Shown: piece by piece, positions 24,447 to 33,145 of the stretch
How positions within the stretch are numbered: the stretch's first letter is position 1
How the letters are laid out: every line of letters starts with the position of its first letter
NCBI GenBank assembly: GCA_964543965.1
Contig: CAZJAX010000001.1
Span: forward strand, 1 to 44,007
Length of the DNA: 44,007 nt
DNA from: an uncultured Planctomycetia bacterium
GTDB lineage: Bacteria > Omnitrophota > Gorgyraeia > 2-02-FULL-51-18
Direction of reading: 5' to 3'
Translations under genes and position numbers: made by a program
Notes under the pieces: generated by a model
Told to the model about the DNA's origin: nothing
What the model saw: only the letters and a program-made list of their open reading frames with translations
Databases searched by the model: none

Positions 24447-26120
24447 ATGCAGCGAAGGTTGGAAGATCCAAAGCCCAAAAAAAACCAGATCCACATTCTC
24501 ATCATCGAAGACGACAACGAGTTAAGAACGTTTCTATCGTCTGAGCTCACCTTGCGCGGTTATCACACCCAGACCGCAGCCGACGGCCTGGAGGCCATGG
24601 AAAAAGTCCGCCGGCATCCCTTTAATCTGGTCTTAAGCGACTTGCGCATGCCGCGCATGGACGGTATGGCCGTGCTTAAAGCTTTGAAAGAGATCGATCC
24701 TCAGATCGACGTGATCCTCATGAGCGGGCAGGGCGATATCGAGATCGCCGTGAAAGCGATCAAGCTCGGCGCCTTCGATTTTCTGGAAAAGCCCGTTTCG
24801 ATGGAAAAGCTTCTGCTTTTGATCGACAAGGCCCTCGAAAAAAGCGAGATCCGTATGCTGATGGCGCTCTACAGCGCCAGCCGCATGCTCTTTTCGTCTT
24901 CGCGTCTCGAGGAGCTGCTTTCGATGACGATGAATATGCTGTATTCGGTGTTCAAAGCCGATGAAGGGTCGTTCATGATTTATGAAGAAGAGCGCTTGCG
25001 GATTCTTACCAGCCGCGGAATTCCCGAAGAGATCGTCAAAACAGCCTCTGTCAAAATGGGTGAGCGCGTATCCGGCTACGCTCTACAGCATAAAAAACCG
25101 CTGCTTCTGATCGAGGGCCGCGAAAAATATTCGGAACTGGGAAAGATCGAAACCCGTACTCACATCCAGTCGTCGATGGTCATCCCGGTCTACTGCAACG
25201 ACACTCCGGTCGGCGTGCTCAATCTGAGCCGCACCGTTCACCGGGAGAATTTCACTTACAACGATCTGCGCAACGCCACGATCTTCGCTTCCCAGCTCGG
25301 ACAGACCGTGCACAACTCGCGGCTCGGCCACAGCCTTGACGAGAAAATGAAAGAGCTTAAAGAGGCCTATCGATTGCTCGAAGAGCGTAAGGCACTCCTG
25401 GAAGAAAAGGAAAAACTCGCCAAAGTCGGCTGCATGATCGCCGGCATGGTGCATGAGGTCAACAACCCTCTGACGGCCGTTCTTGGCCACGCCGATCTGC
25501 TTCTTTCACAGGATGACCTGGCGCCGGAAGTCCGCGAGACGCTGCAGATCATTTTGCGCCAGGCGATGGCCTGCCGCGACCTCGTGCAGGACCTTCTGCT
25601 GTATTCAAGACGGCGCAAGCCCGAGCTGCGCGACGTCGATCTGCCGGGGCTTATTCATGACGTCCTGAATTGCGCTTCTCCCGAGATCCTGCGCAGCGGC
25701 GTGCGGGTGAGATTTTGCTATCCCAAAAACTTTCAGACCGTGCAGGCCGATCCTCAGCAGCTGGCGCAGGTGTTCCTAAACCTCGTGAAAAATTCCTGTC
25801 AGGCGCTCGAGACGCGTCCCGGCAAACGCCATTTGGCCATCAAGATCCGGCCAAACGCCGATGCAGCTTCCGCCGATATCCTTGTGATGGACAACGGCTC
25901 CGGCATCCCCGCAGATCTATCCGAGAAGATATTCGATCCGTTTTTCACGACGAAACCGTCCGGTAAAGGGACGGGACTCGGCCTGAGCATGGTCCGTGAG
26001 ATCGTGCGCGAGCACGGCGGTCGCATCGACGTCCGGCCGTCGCATCTTCCGGGCGCGGTTTTCTCGATCACACTTCCTTATACCCAGACGACCCTCTCCG
26101 GCCTGCCGTCCCGAGCCTAG
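24447..26120 (+). CDS. Hybrid two-component protein: receiver (REC), GAF and histidine kinase (HisKA + HATPase_c)
   Basis: REC: ILIIEDD...LVLSDLRMPRMDG...K. The middle region is GAF-like. H-box MVHEVNNPLTAV, N-box NLVKNSCQA, G1 DNGSGIP, G2 GKGTGLGLS. AGGAGG lies 4-5 nt before ATG 24447. Confidence 0.88.
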   Translation: MQRRLEDPKPKKNQIHILIIEDDNELRTFLSSELTLRGYHTQTAADGLEAMEKVRRHPFNLVLSDLRMPRMDGMAVLKALKEIDPQIDVILMSGQGDIEIAVKAIKLGAFDFLEKPVSMEKLLLLIDKALEKSEIRMLMALYSASRMLFSSSRLEELLSMTMNMLYSVFKADEGSFMIYEEERLRILTSRGIPEEIVKTASVKMGERVSGYALQHKKPLLLIEGREKYSELGKIETRTHIQSSMVIPVYCNDTPVGVLNLSRTVHRENFTYNDLRNATIFASQLGQTVHNSRLGHSLDEKMKELKEAYRLLEERKALLEEKEKLAKVGCMIAGMVHEVNNPLTAVLGHADLLLSQDDLAPEVRETLQIILRQAMACRDLVQDLLLYSRRRKPELRDVDLPGLIHDVLNCASPEILRSGVRVRFCYPKNFQTVQADPQQLAQVFLNLVKNSCQALETRPGKRHLAIKIRPNADAASADILVMDNGSGIPADLSEKIFDPFFTTKPSGKGTGLGLSMVREIVREHGGRIDVRPSHLPGAVFSITLPYTQTTLSGLPSRA

Positions 26121-26190
26121 ACTTCCGGCTAGACGGCTTTTCCTCTGAGAGTATTTACCCCTCAAGACCTGCTAAATCAACGCTTTGTTT

Positions 26191-26219
26191 TTGCAAAAAA
26201 CGATGGTAATATTTATAAG
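26191..26219 (+). promoter_or_regulatory. Sigma-70-like promoter candidate, TTGCAA-17-TATAAG, upstream of tRNA-Arg
   Basis: Hexamers with a 17-nt spacer, about 24 nt upstream of the mature tRNA 5' end. Confidence 0.3.
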
Positions 26220-26242
26220 CTTTTCCGACCGATGCAAGACTC

Positions 26243-26316
26243 GTGCCCGTAGCTCAATTGGATAGAGCATCTGACTACGGATCAGAAGGTTGTAGGTTCA
26301 ACTCCTACCGGGCACA
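26243..26316 (+). tRNA. tRNA-Arg (anticodon ACG)
   Basis: Acceptor GTGCCCG/CGGGCAC, anticodon arm TCTGA-CTACGGA-TCAGA, T arm GTAGG-TTCAACT-CCTAC. CCA is not encoded. Confidence 0.9.
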
Positions 26317-26322
26317 CGCTTT

Positions 26323-26351
26323 AAACTGCGGCGTCCGCCGCAGTTTTTTTA
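26323..26351 (+). terminator. Rho-independent terminator
   Basis: Stem CTGCGGC/GCCGCAG with loop GTCC, followed by T7. Confidence 0.8.
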
Positions 26352-26452
26352 TTTAATGGCGCAGTATCCTGAAAGAGGAAAGAGAAGGCTGTAAGGTTTT
26401 CACGCGAAGGTAGGGATCGGGGAACGAGGACCAGCTGGATCGTGCCGGCCTG

Positions 26453-27469
26453 TCAGATCTCGATATTGTGTTTCCGGCACCACTCGATGGACCGCCGCAT
26501 ACCCTCTTCCAGCCCGACCTGAGGGTTGTAATCCAGCTCGTTCTGAGCTTTTTCAATGGAACAGGCGATATTATGGTCCATTTCGCCTGCGACGTGGATA
26601 TCTTTCATGTAGAGCGACACGCTCTGCAGAGCGCCGTCCAGGCTCCGGCAGATGGCGGGAACAGCGCCCGGCATGTACCGCGGCCTGAAGTTTTTCACTC
26701 CCAATAGACGCGCGATCGTCTTGTAGATTTCGATGATCTGATAAGGCACCGCGTCCGCGATCCAATACGTCTGCCCGTTGGCGGCTTCCTTTTCAGCCGC
26801 CAGCAGCATCGCCTGGCAGGTGTTGTCGAGATAGCTCATGCTTCGGAGATTGTTTCCCCCGCCGTATACCACGGGGTCGCCCTTTTTGATCATGCGAAAA
26901 AAATTCGTCTGGCGGTCGGGCTGGTTGGGCCCGTAGTACCAGCAGGGTCTTAAGATCACGGTCTTGAGCTTACCTTCGCTGAAGCAGCGGTTGACGGCCA
27001 TCTCAGCCATGTATTTGCTCCGGCCGTAATGCATGTACGGAGCTGGAGGATCCGTCTCTTTCATGAGATCCGACGTCTTGCGCATGCCGGCGACGGAGTT
27101 TGAGCTGATCATGATCATTTTCTTGACGCCCTTTTCGACGCACTTCTTCAGGACGTTTTCGGTGCCCTTCGTGTTGATCTTGTAAAATTCGGTGGTGTTG
27201 TGGGGGTGAATGATGCCGGCGATATGAAATACGATATCGATGCCGTCGAACGCTTTGTCCAGAGTCTCGAGATGCTGGACATCTCCGTCCATGCATTCGA
27301 TCTCTTTCATCTTAGAAAGCTCCGCGATGAAGGACTTGTTCGTGTTCTTAAATGTCAGGCAGCGGATATGCCAATCGTTCAAGGGGCCTTCGCCGTTGTA
27401 GCCGTGGGTGAGAATTTCCGCAAAGCGGTTACCCAGCCAGCCGGGCGCGCCGGTGATCAAAATACGCAT
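26453..27469 (-). CDS. NAD-dependent epimerase/dehydratase (extended SDR)
   Basis: MRILITGAPGWLGNRF is the Rossmann GxxGxxG motif. YGRSKYMAE is the YxxxK catalytic motif. GAGGAG ribosome-binding site. Confidence 0.85.
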   Translation of the reverse strand: MRILITGAPGWLGNRFAEILTHGYNGEGPLNDWHIRCLTFKNTNKSFIAELSKMKEIECMDGDVQHLETLDKAFDGIDIVFHIAGIIHPHNTTEFYKINTKGTENVLKKCVEKGVKKMIMISSNSVAGMRKTSDLMKETDPPAPYMHYGRSKYMAEMAVNRCFSEGKLKTVILRPCWYYGPNQPDRQTNFFRMIKKGDPVVYGGGNNLRSMSYLDNTCQAMLLAAEKEAANGQTYWIADAVPYQIIEIYKTIARLLGVKNFRPRYMPGAVPAICRSLDGALQSVSLYMKDIHVAGEMDHNIACSIEKAQNELDYNPQVGLEEGMRRSIEWCRKHNIEI

Positions 27470-27606
27470 TTACTTCTCCTCAAAAAATGATGTAAATCAA
27501 AAATGTTGAGTGAAAATTTTCACCCTAAATATAGTAACTTATGCTTATTTTTAAGTAAACTTAATTTCATTTATTTAAAATTGAAGATTCTGCGCTCTGA
27601 GAGCCG

Positions 27607-27635
27607 TTGATTTTGGCTCCTAAATGGCGTACTAT
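27607..27635 (+). promoter_or_regulatory. Sigma-70-like promoter TTGATT-17-TACTAT, 7 nt upstream of ATG 27643 (leaderless-type)
   Basis: The hexamers and the exact 17-nt spacer can be read directly. There is no Shine-Dalgarno sequence between the -10 and the ATG. Confidence 0.45.
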
Positions 27636-27642
27636 GAGATTT

Positions 27643-28413
27643 ATGAACATGAAAACTTCCGTTTTGACTCCCGCCGAAAAGGCCGATTTCTCCCGTGACG
27701 GTTTCCTGGTCGTGCGGGGTTTGTATGATGCCCGCGAAATGGCCGACCTGTCTGCCTGGATCGATGAATTGTCGGCGCGGCCTCCGGCCGTCGGCAAGCT
27801 CATGGCTTATTATGAGGACAGCCGGCTGGAAAGCGGCAAGAAAATCCTGTCCCGCATTGAAAAATTCGTGGATTATCATGACGGCATGAAGTCTCTGGTC
27901 TACGGTGAGAAAATGACCGGGCGGGTTTCTGAGCTTTTGGGCGACCGCGCGCTGCTATTCAAGGAAAAGGTCAATTTCAAGATGCCCGGCGGCGCAGGCT
28001 TCGAAGCGCATCAGGATATCCAGCCCGGATGGGATGCGTATGCGCCGTATTTTATTTCTGTTCTTGTGACGGTGGACCCGAGCACGATCGAGAACGGATG
28101 CCTCGAACTTTCGGCGGGTCATCACAAAAGGGGGCTGATCGGCCAGAAGTGGAAGCCGCTGGCGGGTGACGAGCTCCAGGGCATCGAGTTTACGCCGTAT
28201 CCGATGGAACCGGGGGATGTCGCATTTTTCGACTGTTTCGTACCGCATCAGTCCAAGCCCAACCTTACATCCAAGCGCCGCCGCAACCTGTATCTGACCT
28301 ACAACCGCGCAAGCGACGGAGATTTCCGGGAAAAATATTTCGCCGACAAACGCAAAAGCTTCCCTCCGGACTTCGAACGCGAGCCTGGCAAAGAGTACGT
28401 CTTTCGCGTATGA
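27643..28413 (+). CDS. Phytanoyl-CoA dioxygenase (PhyH) family Fe(II)/2-oxoglutarate dioxygenase
   Basis: MNMKTSVLTPAEKADFSRDGFLVVRGL is a PhyH-type N-terminus. The HQD facial-triad motif (EAHQDIQPGW) and a distal H (FVPHQS) are present. The track ORF begins at 27607, which falls inside the promoter. Confidence 0.75.
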   Translation: MNMKTSVLTPAEKADFSRDGFLVVRGLYDAREMADLSAWIDELSARPPAVGKLMAYYEDSRLESGKKILSRIEKFVDYHDGMKSLVYGEKMTGRVSELLGDRALLFKEKVNFKMPGGAGFEAHQDIQPGWDAYAPYFISVLVTVDPSTIENGCLELSAGHHKRGLIGQKWKPLAGDELQGIEFTPYPMEPGDVAFFDCFVPHQSKPNLTSKRRRNLYLTYNRASDGDFREKYFADKRKSFPPDFEREPGKEYVFRV

Positions 28414-28422
28414 TAGCTCCTC

Positions 28423-30069
28423 ATGAATAAATCGACCCTGTTCCGTCAAAATCTCAAGAAGAAGGGCAGCCTGCTCCTCGCGGGCGCCCACGACGCGCTG
28501 AGCGCCAAACTGATCGAGGAAGCGGGATTCGATGCCGTCTGGGCGTCGAGCTTCGGCGTGTCCGCCTCGACCAAGTGCCTGCCGGATACCAACGTTCTCA
28601 CGATGACCGAGATGCTCGAGGCCGTGAAGGGAATGAATGAAGCCATCTCCATCCCGCTCATCGCCGACTGCGACAACGGCTACGGAAACGCGCTCAACGT
28701 TATCCGCATGGTCAAAGAATATGAGCGCGCCGGGATCGCCGGCATCTCTATCGAAGACAATCCTTTTCCGAAAAAATGCAGTCTCTATCCCGGAGAGCGC
28801 CAGGAACTCGTCGACAAGGATGAGATGGCCGGACGCATCCATGCTGCGACGTCTACACGCAAAAACAAGGATTTCTTCGTCATCGCCCGCACCGAGGCGC
28901 TTATCGCGGGTCTCGGCATGGATGAAGCGCTCTCCCGCGCCAAAGCCTATGAAGCGGCCGGAGCCGACGCCATCCTCATCCACTCGCGCCAGCTCGTGCC
29001 CGATGAGATCAAGACTTTCGCCAAGCTTTGGAACGGCAAAGTGCCTCTCGTCGCCGTGCCGACCAAGTACCCCGACATCCGTTCCAAGGAGCTCAATAAA
29101 CTCGGCATCAAGATCGTGATATTCGCCAATCAGGCTCTGCGCGCTTCCGTCGTCGCGATGCGCGAGACGCTCGCCGAAATGAAGAAGCTCGACAAGCCTG
29201 CGCCGGTCAAGACCGAGATCGCGCCGCTATCCGAGGTATTCCGCCTCGTGGGTCAGCCGGACATGGAAGTGAACGAGCAGAAGTACGTCAAAAATTTTAA
29301 GAAGAAGCCCTCCGCCGTCATCGTCGCGGCCGGCTTCGAAAAAAATATCTGGCCCCTCAACTCAGACAAGCCCAAAGCGATGCTGGAGATCAAAGGCAAG
29401 ACCTTGCTGGAACGCCAGGCGGGGCTTCTCCTCAAAGCCGGCGTTCATCCGGTCTCGGTGGTCACGGGGTACAAGCACGAGAAGGTCAGCGCGCCGTCCG
29501 TGCAGACTATTTTTAATCCGCGTTATAAAGACACTCACATGCTTTACTCGCTCTTTGCGGCCAAAGAGCAGATGAAGGACAAGTTTCTCTTCCTGTATGG
29601 CGACGTTCTCTTCGAAGAATTTGTGCTCTCTCGTCTCTTGAAGACCAAGCACGACATCACGCTCGTGGTCCAGGAAGTCCTGCCGTCCTATCGGATGGAT
29701 GCCGGATATTCCAAACCCCAGCGCGACTGGGTACGTCTTTCCGGAGGCGAGGATGTCGATGCGCCGCGCCGCGTCGAAGAGATCGGCCATCATCTGGGCC
29801 GCGACGGCGCCAACGGCGAGTTCATCGGCCTGGCTCATTTCTCAAAACACGGCGCCGCCGTCCTCCGCGCCGCGTACGACAAAGCGCTGACGCGCAACGG
29901 CCACGCTTTCCAAAACGCGCCCAATCTCAAAAAGGCGCAGTTCACCGACATGATCCAGGAACTCATCGATCGGGGAGAGAAAGTAAGCGCCATCGTCATC
30001 CGCTCCGGCTGGATCGACATCGAGACGTTCGAAGACTATCAGAAAGCTTGGCAGACCGCTAAAGCCTAA
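28423..30069 (+). CDS. Phosphoenolpyruvate phosphomutase fused to a C-terminal nucleotidyltransferase domain
   Basis: N-terminal half: AHDALSAKLIEEAGFDAVWASSFGVSAS, IADCDNGYGN and ISIEDNPFPKKCS (the Ppm 'EDKxFPKxNS'-type motif). C-terminal half: AVIVAAGFEKNIWPLNSDKPKAMLEIKGKTLLERQ (NTP-transferase G-rich loop). Confidence 0.85.
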   Translation: MNKSTLFRQNLKKKGSLLLAGAHDALSAKLIEEAGFDAVWASSFGVSASTKCLPDTNVLTMTEMLEAVKGMNEAISIPLIADCDNGYGNALNVIRMVKEYERAGIAGISIEDNPFPKKCSLYPGERQELVDKDEMAGRIHAATSTRKNKDFFVIARTEALIAGLGMDEALSRAKAYEAAGADAILIHSRQLVPDEIKTFAKLWNGKVPLVAVPTKYPDIRSKELNKLGIKIVIFANQALRASVVAMRETLAEMKKLDKPAPVKTEIAPLSEVFRLVGQPDMEVNEQKYVKNFKKKPSAVIVAAGFEKNIWPLNSDKPKAMLEIKGKTLLERQAGLLLKAGVHPVSVVTGYKHEKVSAPSVQTIFNPRYKDTHMLYSLFAAKEQMKDKFLFLYGDVLFEEFVLSRLLKTKHDITLVVQEVLPSYRMDAGYSKPQRDWVRLSGGEDVDAPRRVEEIGHHLGRDGANGEFIGLAHFSKHGAAVLRAAYDKALTRNGHAFQNAPNLKKAQFTDMIQELIDRGEKVSAIVIRSGWIDIETFEDYQKAWQTAKA

Positions 30070-30102
30070 ACGTCCTGCGGTCCAGCTTTTTGGGCTATGC
30101 CC

Positions 30103-30207
30103 TTAGGGGTGATTGCTTCGGATCGCGACGATCATCGGGATCACGGTGAGGAGAACGGCGAATACCAGGAAAAGGATCAGTCCGCCGATGTCTTTCGAGA
30201 TCTTCAT
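30103..30207 (-). CDS. Small hydrophobic peptide, 34 aa (MKISKDIGGLILFLVFAVLLTVIPMIVAIRSNHP); not in the ORF track
   Basis: ATG 30207 is preceded by GGAGGAG at a spacing of about 4 nt. It lies 21 nt downstream of the transaminase-NTase stop on the same strand. One predicted TM. TAA stop at 30103-30105. Confidence 0.45.
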   Translation of the reverse strand: MKISKDIGGLILFLVFAVLLTVIPMIVAIRSNHP

Positions 30208-30228
30208 TTCTCCTCCCGGTTCAAAAAC

Positions 30229-32019
30229 CTATGATTTAAGGTGATCTGAGATCTTCTGCAAGTCCTCTTCAAAATCCATCTCTGTCCAGAAATACCCCTG
30301 AGTAGGCACCCAGCCGATCTTTCTTTTCTGTAAGAGCTTGCAGTAGGCGTCTTCGTATTCGACAAGGTCGTTTTTACGGCGGGCAAAATCATTCAATATC
30401 TTCCTGAGTTCTATCGCGTCAGTCTTTGAAAATTTCACGATGCCGGTGGCTTCGCCGATGGGTTTGAGGCCGGGGACTTTGGGCTTCGTGATGGCAAGCG
30501 CACGGCCGTTTTTGACGCGGAGCATCATTTCTTCGCCGTTTTCTTTCGCGTGCTCGTCCAGCAGGAACACGCTTCCCCAACCCTCGAGCAGGCGGCCTAG
30601 CATCGGAGCCGGGAAGAAGACATCGGCGTCCATGACGATGACTTCGCTATTCAGGTATTTTCCGGCAGTGTGGAGCGAGAGGACGCTGCCTTTCCGGTAC
30701 TCGCGGTTGGTCACGAAGCGGATCTTGAGGCCGGCGCCGTGTTTTTTGGCGGCTTGGATGATCTGATTTTTCTCGTGGCCGACGACGATGACCGCTTCTT
30801 TGATATTATTTTCACGGAAGGCGTCGAGGTAGCGCTTTAAAAGTGTTTCCCCGCTGTTGCCGAGAGGGATGAGGCACTTGGGAAGCGCTTTGGTGCGTGC
30901 GCCGAAACGTTTGCCCACACCGGCGGCCAGCACGATGGCTTTGGGAGCAGACTTAGGCTTGCCGGCAAGCTGCCGGTAGACCGCGGCGAAGCGGCGCAGA
31001 TCATTCTCGGAGACCTCGCCGAGGCATGAGACGCGGAAGATGGTCTTTTTCAGCGCGGATTGGCCTGCATAGATCACGAAACCCTTCTTTTTCATCTCAT
31101 CATGAAGTCTTTCGTAGGAAAGCCCTTCGGGCAGCCTCGCCGACAGGAGGACGTGCGAACGGTATTTTTTTTCTACGAGAAAACGCGCCCCGCTCGATAA
31201 AAGACCTTCTTCGACAAGAGCCATTTTACGGGCGTAAGTTTCGATGCGGTGTTTTACACCTTGTTTAAGAAGCTCATCGAGCGCCCGGTCAAACGCGTAG
31301 TAGAGCTGAACGGCGGGCGTGAAAGGCGGCTCGTATGTGCGCGCGGATTCGAGTGAGGTGCGCAGGTCGAGATAGACGCTTTTCTTGTCTTTGGGAAGTT
31401 GCGCTGCCTCTGTTTTGGAAACGAACACAAATGATACGCCGGGAAACGCGTGCAGGCACTTGCCCGAGGAGCCGGCGAGGAAATCGACGTCCTTCAGGTC
31501 GATGATTTCGGCGCCAAGAGAGCTTACGGCGTCGACGAGAACAGCTTTTTTATATTTTTTGGCAAGTCGCGCGATTGCGGCCAGGGGATTGAGCATCCCC
31601 GTCGAAGTCTCGTGATGCACCATCGCGACGGCGGTGATGGAGCGGTCGGATCTGAGAATATTCTCGATGGCGCCGAGCTCTGGAAACTGTGTGAGCGCTG
31701 CCGCCAGGACGCGGTGGGTGCGGCCGTGAGCTTTGAGGATCGCGGCCATACGCTCGCCATAGACGCCGTTGGACAGCACGAGCGTCTTGCCGCCGTAGGA
31801 TGAGAGCATCGCTTCGACGGCGGAGGTGCCTGACCCGGTGAAGAGAGCGGCTTCGTGCGATCTTTGGATGCCGAACGCTTTCAAGAGCTTTGAGCGGACA
31901 TCGCGGAATAGCCTGGAGAACTCAGGCTCTCGGTGACAGAGGTCAGGTCCTAAAAGCGCACGCCGCACACCTTCGGTGACGTTGACGGGGCCGGGGTTTA
32001 AGAGGACCCAGCGTTTCAT
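30229..32019 (-). CDS. 2-aminoethylphosphonate:pyruvate aminotransferase (class V, PhnW/AEPT-like) fused to a C-terminal LicC/PntC-like nucleotidyltransferase
   Basis: N-terminus: LLNPGPVNVTEGVRRALLGPDLCHREPEF and the PLP lysine context SSGKCLHAFPGVSFV. C-terminus: AIVLAAGVGKRFGARTKALPKCLIPLG (NTase signature). Confidence 0.8.
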   Translation of the reverse strand: MKRWVLLNPGPVNVTEGVRRALLGPDLCHREPEFSRLFRDVRSKLLKAFGIQRSHEAALFTGSGTSAVEAMLSSYGGKTLVLSNGVYGERMAAILKAHGRTHRVLAAALTQFPELGAIENILRSDRSITAVAMVHHETSTGMLNPLAAIARLAKKYKKAVLVDAVSSLGAEIIDLKDVDFLAGSSGKCLHAFPGVSFVFVSKTEAAQLPKDKKSVYLDLRTSLESARTYEPPFTPAVQLYYAFDRALDELLKQGVKHRIETYARKMALVEEGLLSSGARFLVEKKYRSHVLLSARLPEGLSYERLHDEMKKKGFVIYAGQSALKKTIFRVSCLGEVSENDLRRFAAVYRQLAGKPKSAPKAIVLAAGVGKRFGARTKALPKCLIPLGNSGETLLKRYLDAFRENNIKEAVIVVGHEKNQIIQAAKKHGAGLKIRFVTNREYRKGSVLSLHTAGKYLNSEVIVMDADVFFPAPMLGRLLEGWGSVFLLDEHAKENGEEMMLRVKNGRALAITKPKVPGLKPIGEATGIVKFSKTDAIELRKILNDFARRKNDLVEYEDAYCKLLQKRKIGWVPTQGYFWTEMDFEEDLQKISDHLKS

Positions 32020-32573
32020 CGCAGCGACTTGGAAAAATTCTGTGTGATCTCTTCGGGAGTCGCCAGCACACGCGGCGGAGGCGCGGCGGTTTCCGAAGAG
32101 GTGCGTATGAGGATGAACACCGGACCTTTGGCCGTGAGCGCTTTTTTCATCACGCGGTCGAGCCCCCAGCGCGTGCGCACGCGCTTGGTATAGCGGTAGC
32201 CAGCGCTCTTGGCGATATCTTCAAGCTTCACGGTTTGCGTATGCGACGTCTGGCCGCCGGTGGATTCGTAGCTGGCGTTGTCGATGACGATGTGGATAAA
32301 ATTTTCGGGCTTGAGAGCGCCGATGGTCGCCAGCTGTCCGAGGTTCATGAGAACGGCGCCGTCGCCGTCGAGGGCGACGATCTTGCGGCCGGGTTTGGCG
32401 AGCGCGATCCCGAGCGCGATGGAGGAGGTCATTCCCATGGAGCCGATCATGTAGAAATTTTCAGGCCGGTCTTTGGCGGCCTGGCCGAAGCGCGAAATAT
32501 AGCCTGTCGCATGCACGACGGGCTCATCCTGGATATGGGCAAAAACCGCTTTGACCGCTTCTAAGCTTTTCAT
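32016..32573 (-). CDS. Phosphonopyruvate (sulfopyruvate-type) decarboxylase, beta subunit (TPP-binding PP domain)
   Basis: GSMGMTSSIALGIALA...VALDGDGAVLMNLG is the TPP GDG-x(n)-N motif. Overlaps its neighbours by 4 nt on each side. Confidence 0.8.
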   Translation of the reverse strand: MKSLEAVKAVFAHIQDEPVVHATGYISRFGQAAKDRPENFYMIGSMGMTSSIALGIALAKPGRKIVALDGDGAVLMNLGQLATIGALKPENFIHIVIDNASYESTGGQTSHTQTVKLEDIAKSAGYRYTKRVRTRWGLDRVMKKALTAKGPVFILIRTSSETAAPPPRVLATPEEITQNFSKSLR

Positions 32574-33085
32574 TCGCCGAATATCCCTTTTTTGATGAAG
32601 ATCACGAAAGGCTCTTTCTTCACGTCCAGCGTGCGTCCGGCGCGGAAAAGCGAGGGCAGAAGCTCGTCTTTGTCGGGCGCGAGGCTCTCGACGCCGATCT
32701 CTTTGACGAGGCGTTCGCAGGAGCGTCCCATGATGAGATGCTCGGGCGCGTCGGGGCCGAGACCGCGGTAGGTCACGAGACAGAGCACAGGGATCTTATA
32801 AATGAGGTTGAGCGAGGTGAGCACGTTGAGCGAGTAGCCGAGGCCTGAATTTTGCATCAGCACGACGGGGCGTTTGCCCGCCAGATAAGCGCCTGACGCC
32901 ATGCCGATGGCGGCGTCTTCCCGCGTCGCCGGCACGTAGGCGAGACTGCGGTCCTGCGTCAGATGGCTGATCAGAGAGCCCAAAAGAGAGCAGGGGACAC
33001 CCGTGAAGAAATCAAATCCCTCTTCTTTCAGTCCCGCGGAAAATTCGACCGCATTTTTTTTATGAGTTTCGGTCCATTTCGACAT
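32570..33085 (-). CDS. Phosphonopyruvate decarboxylase, alpha subunit (TPP PYR domain)
   Basis: FFTGVPCSLLGSL ... TREDAAIGMASGAYLAG ... MQNSGLG is typical of the N-terminal half of Ppd/ComD. Confidence 0.8.
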   Translation of the reverse strand: MSKWTETHKKNAVEFSAGLKEEGFDFFTGVPCSLLGSLISHLTQDRSLAYVPATREDAAIGMASGAYLAGKRPVVLMQNSGLGYSLNVLTSLNLIYKIPVLCLVTYRGLGPDAPEHLIMGRSCERLVKEIGVESLAPDKDELLPSLFRAGRTLDVKKEPFVIFIKKGIFGE

Positions 33086-33091
33086 GAGACG

Positions 33092-33100
33092 ATGATAACA
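33092..33100 (-). promoter_or_regulatory. Extended -10 (TGTTATCAT), 6 nt upstream of ATG 33085 (leaderless-type)
   Basis: The reverse complement of 33092-33100 reads TGTTATCAT. No Shine-Dalgarno sequence. Confidence 0.4.
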
Positions 33101-33145
33101 GAACCGATTTCAAAAAAGAATAACTTATGCTAAATTGAGTTTCAC

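Noticed and set aside
27955-28983. The 342-aa minus-strand ORF across the PhyH/PEP-mutase junction.
   Set aside because: It is antisense to two genes with clear family motifs. It has no motif content and is a typical GC-rich shadow ORF.
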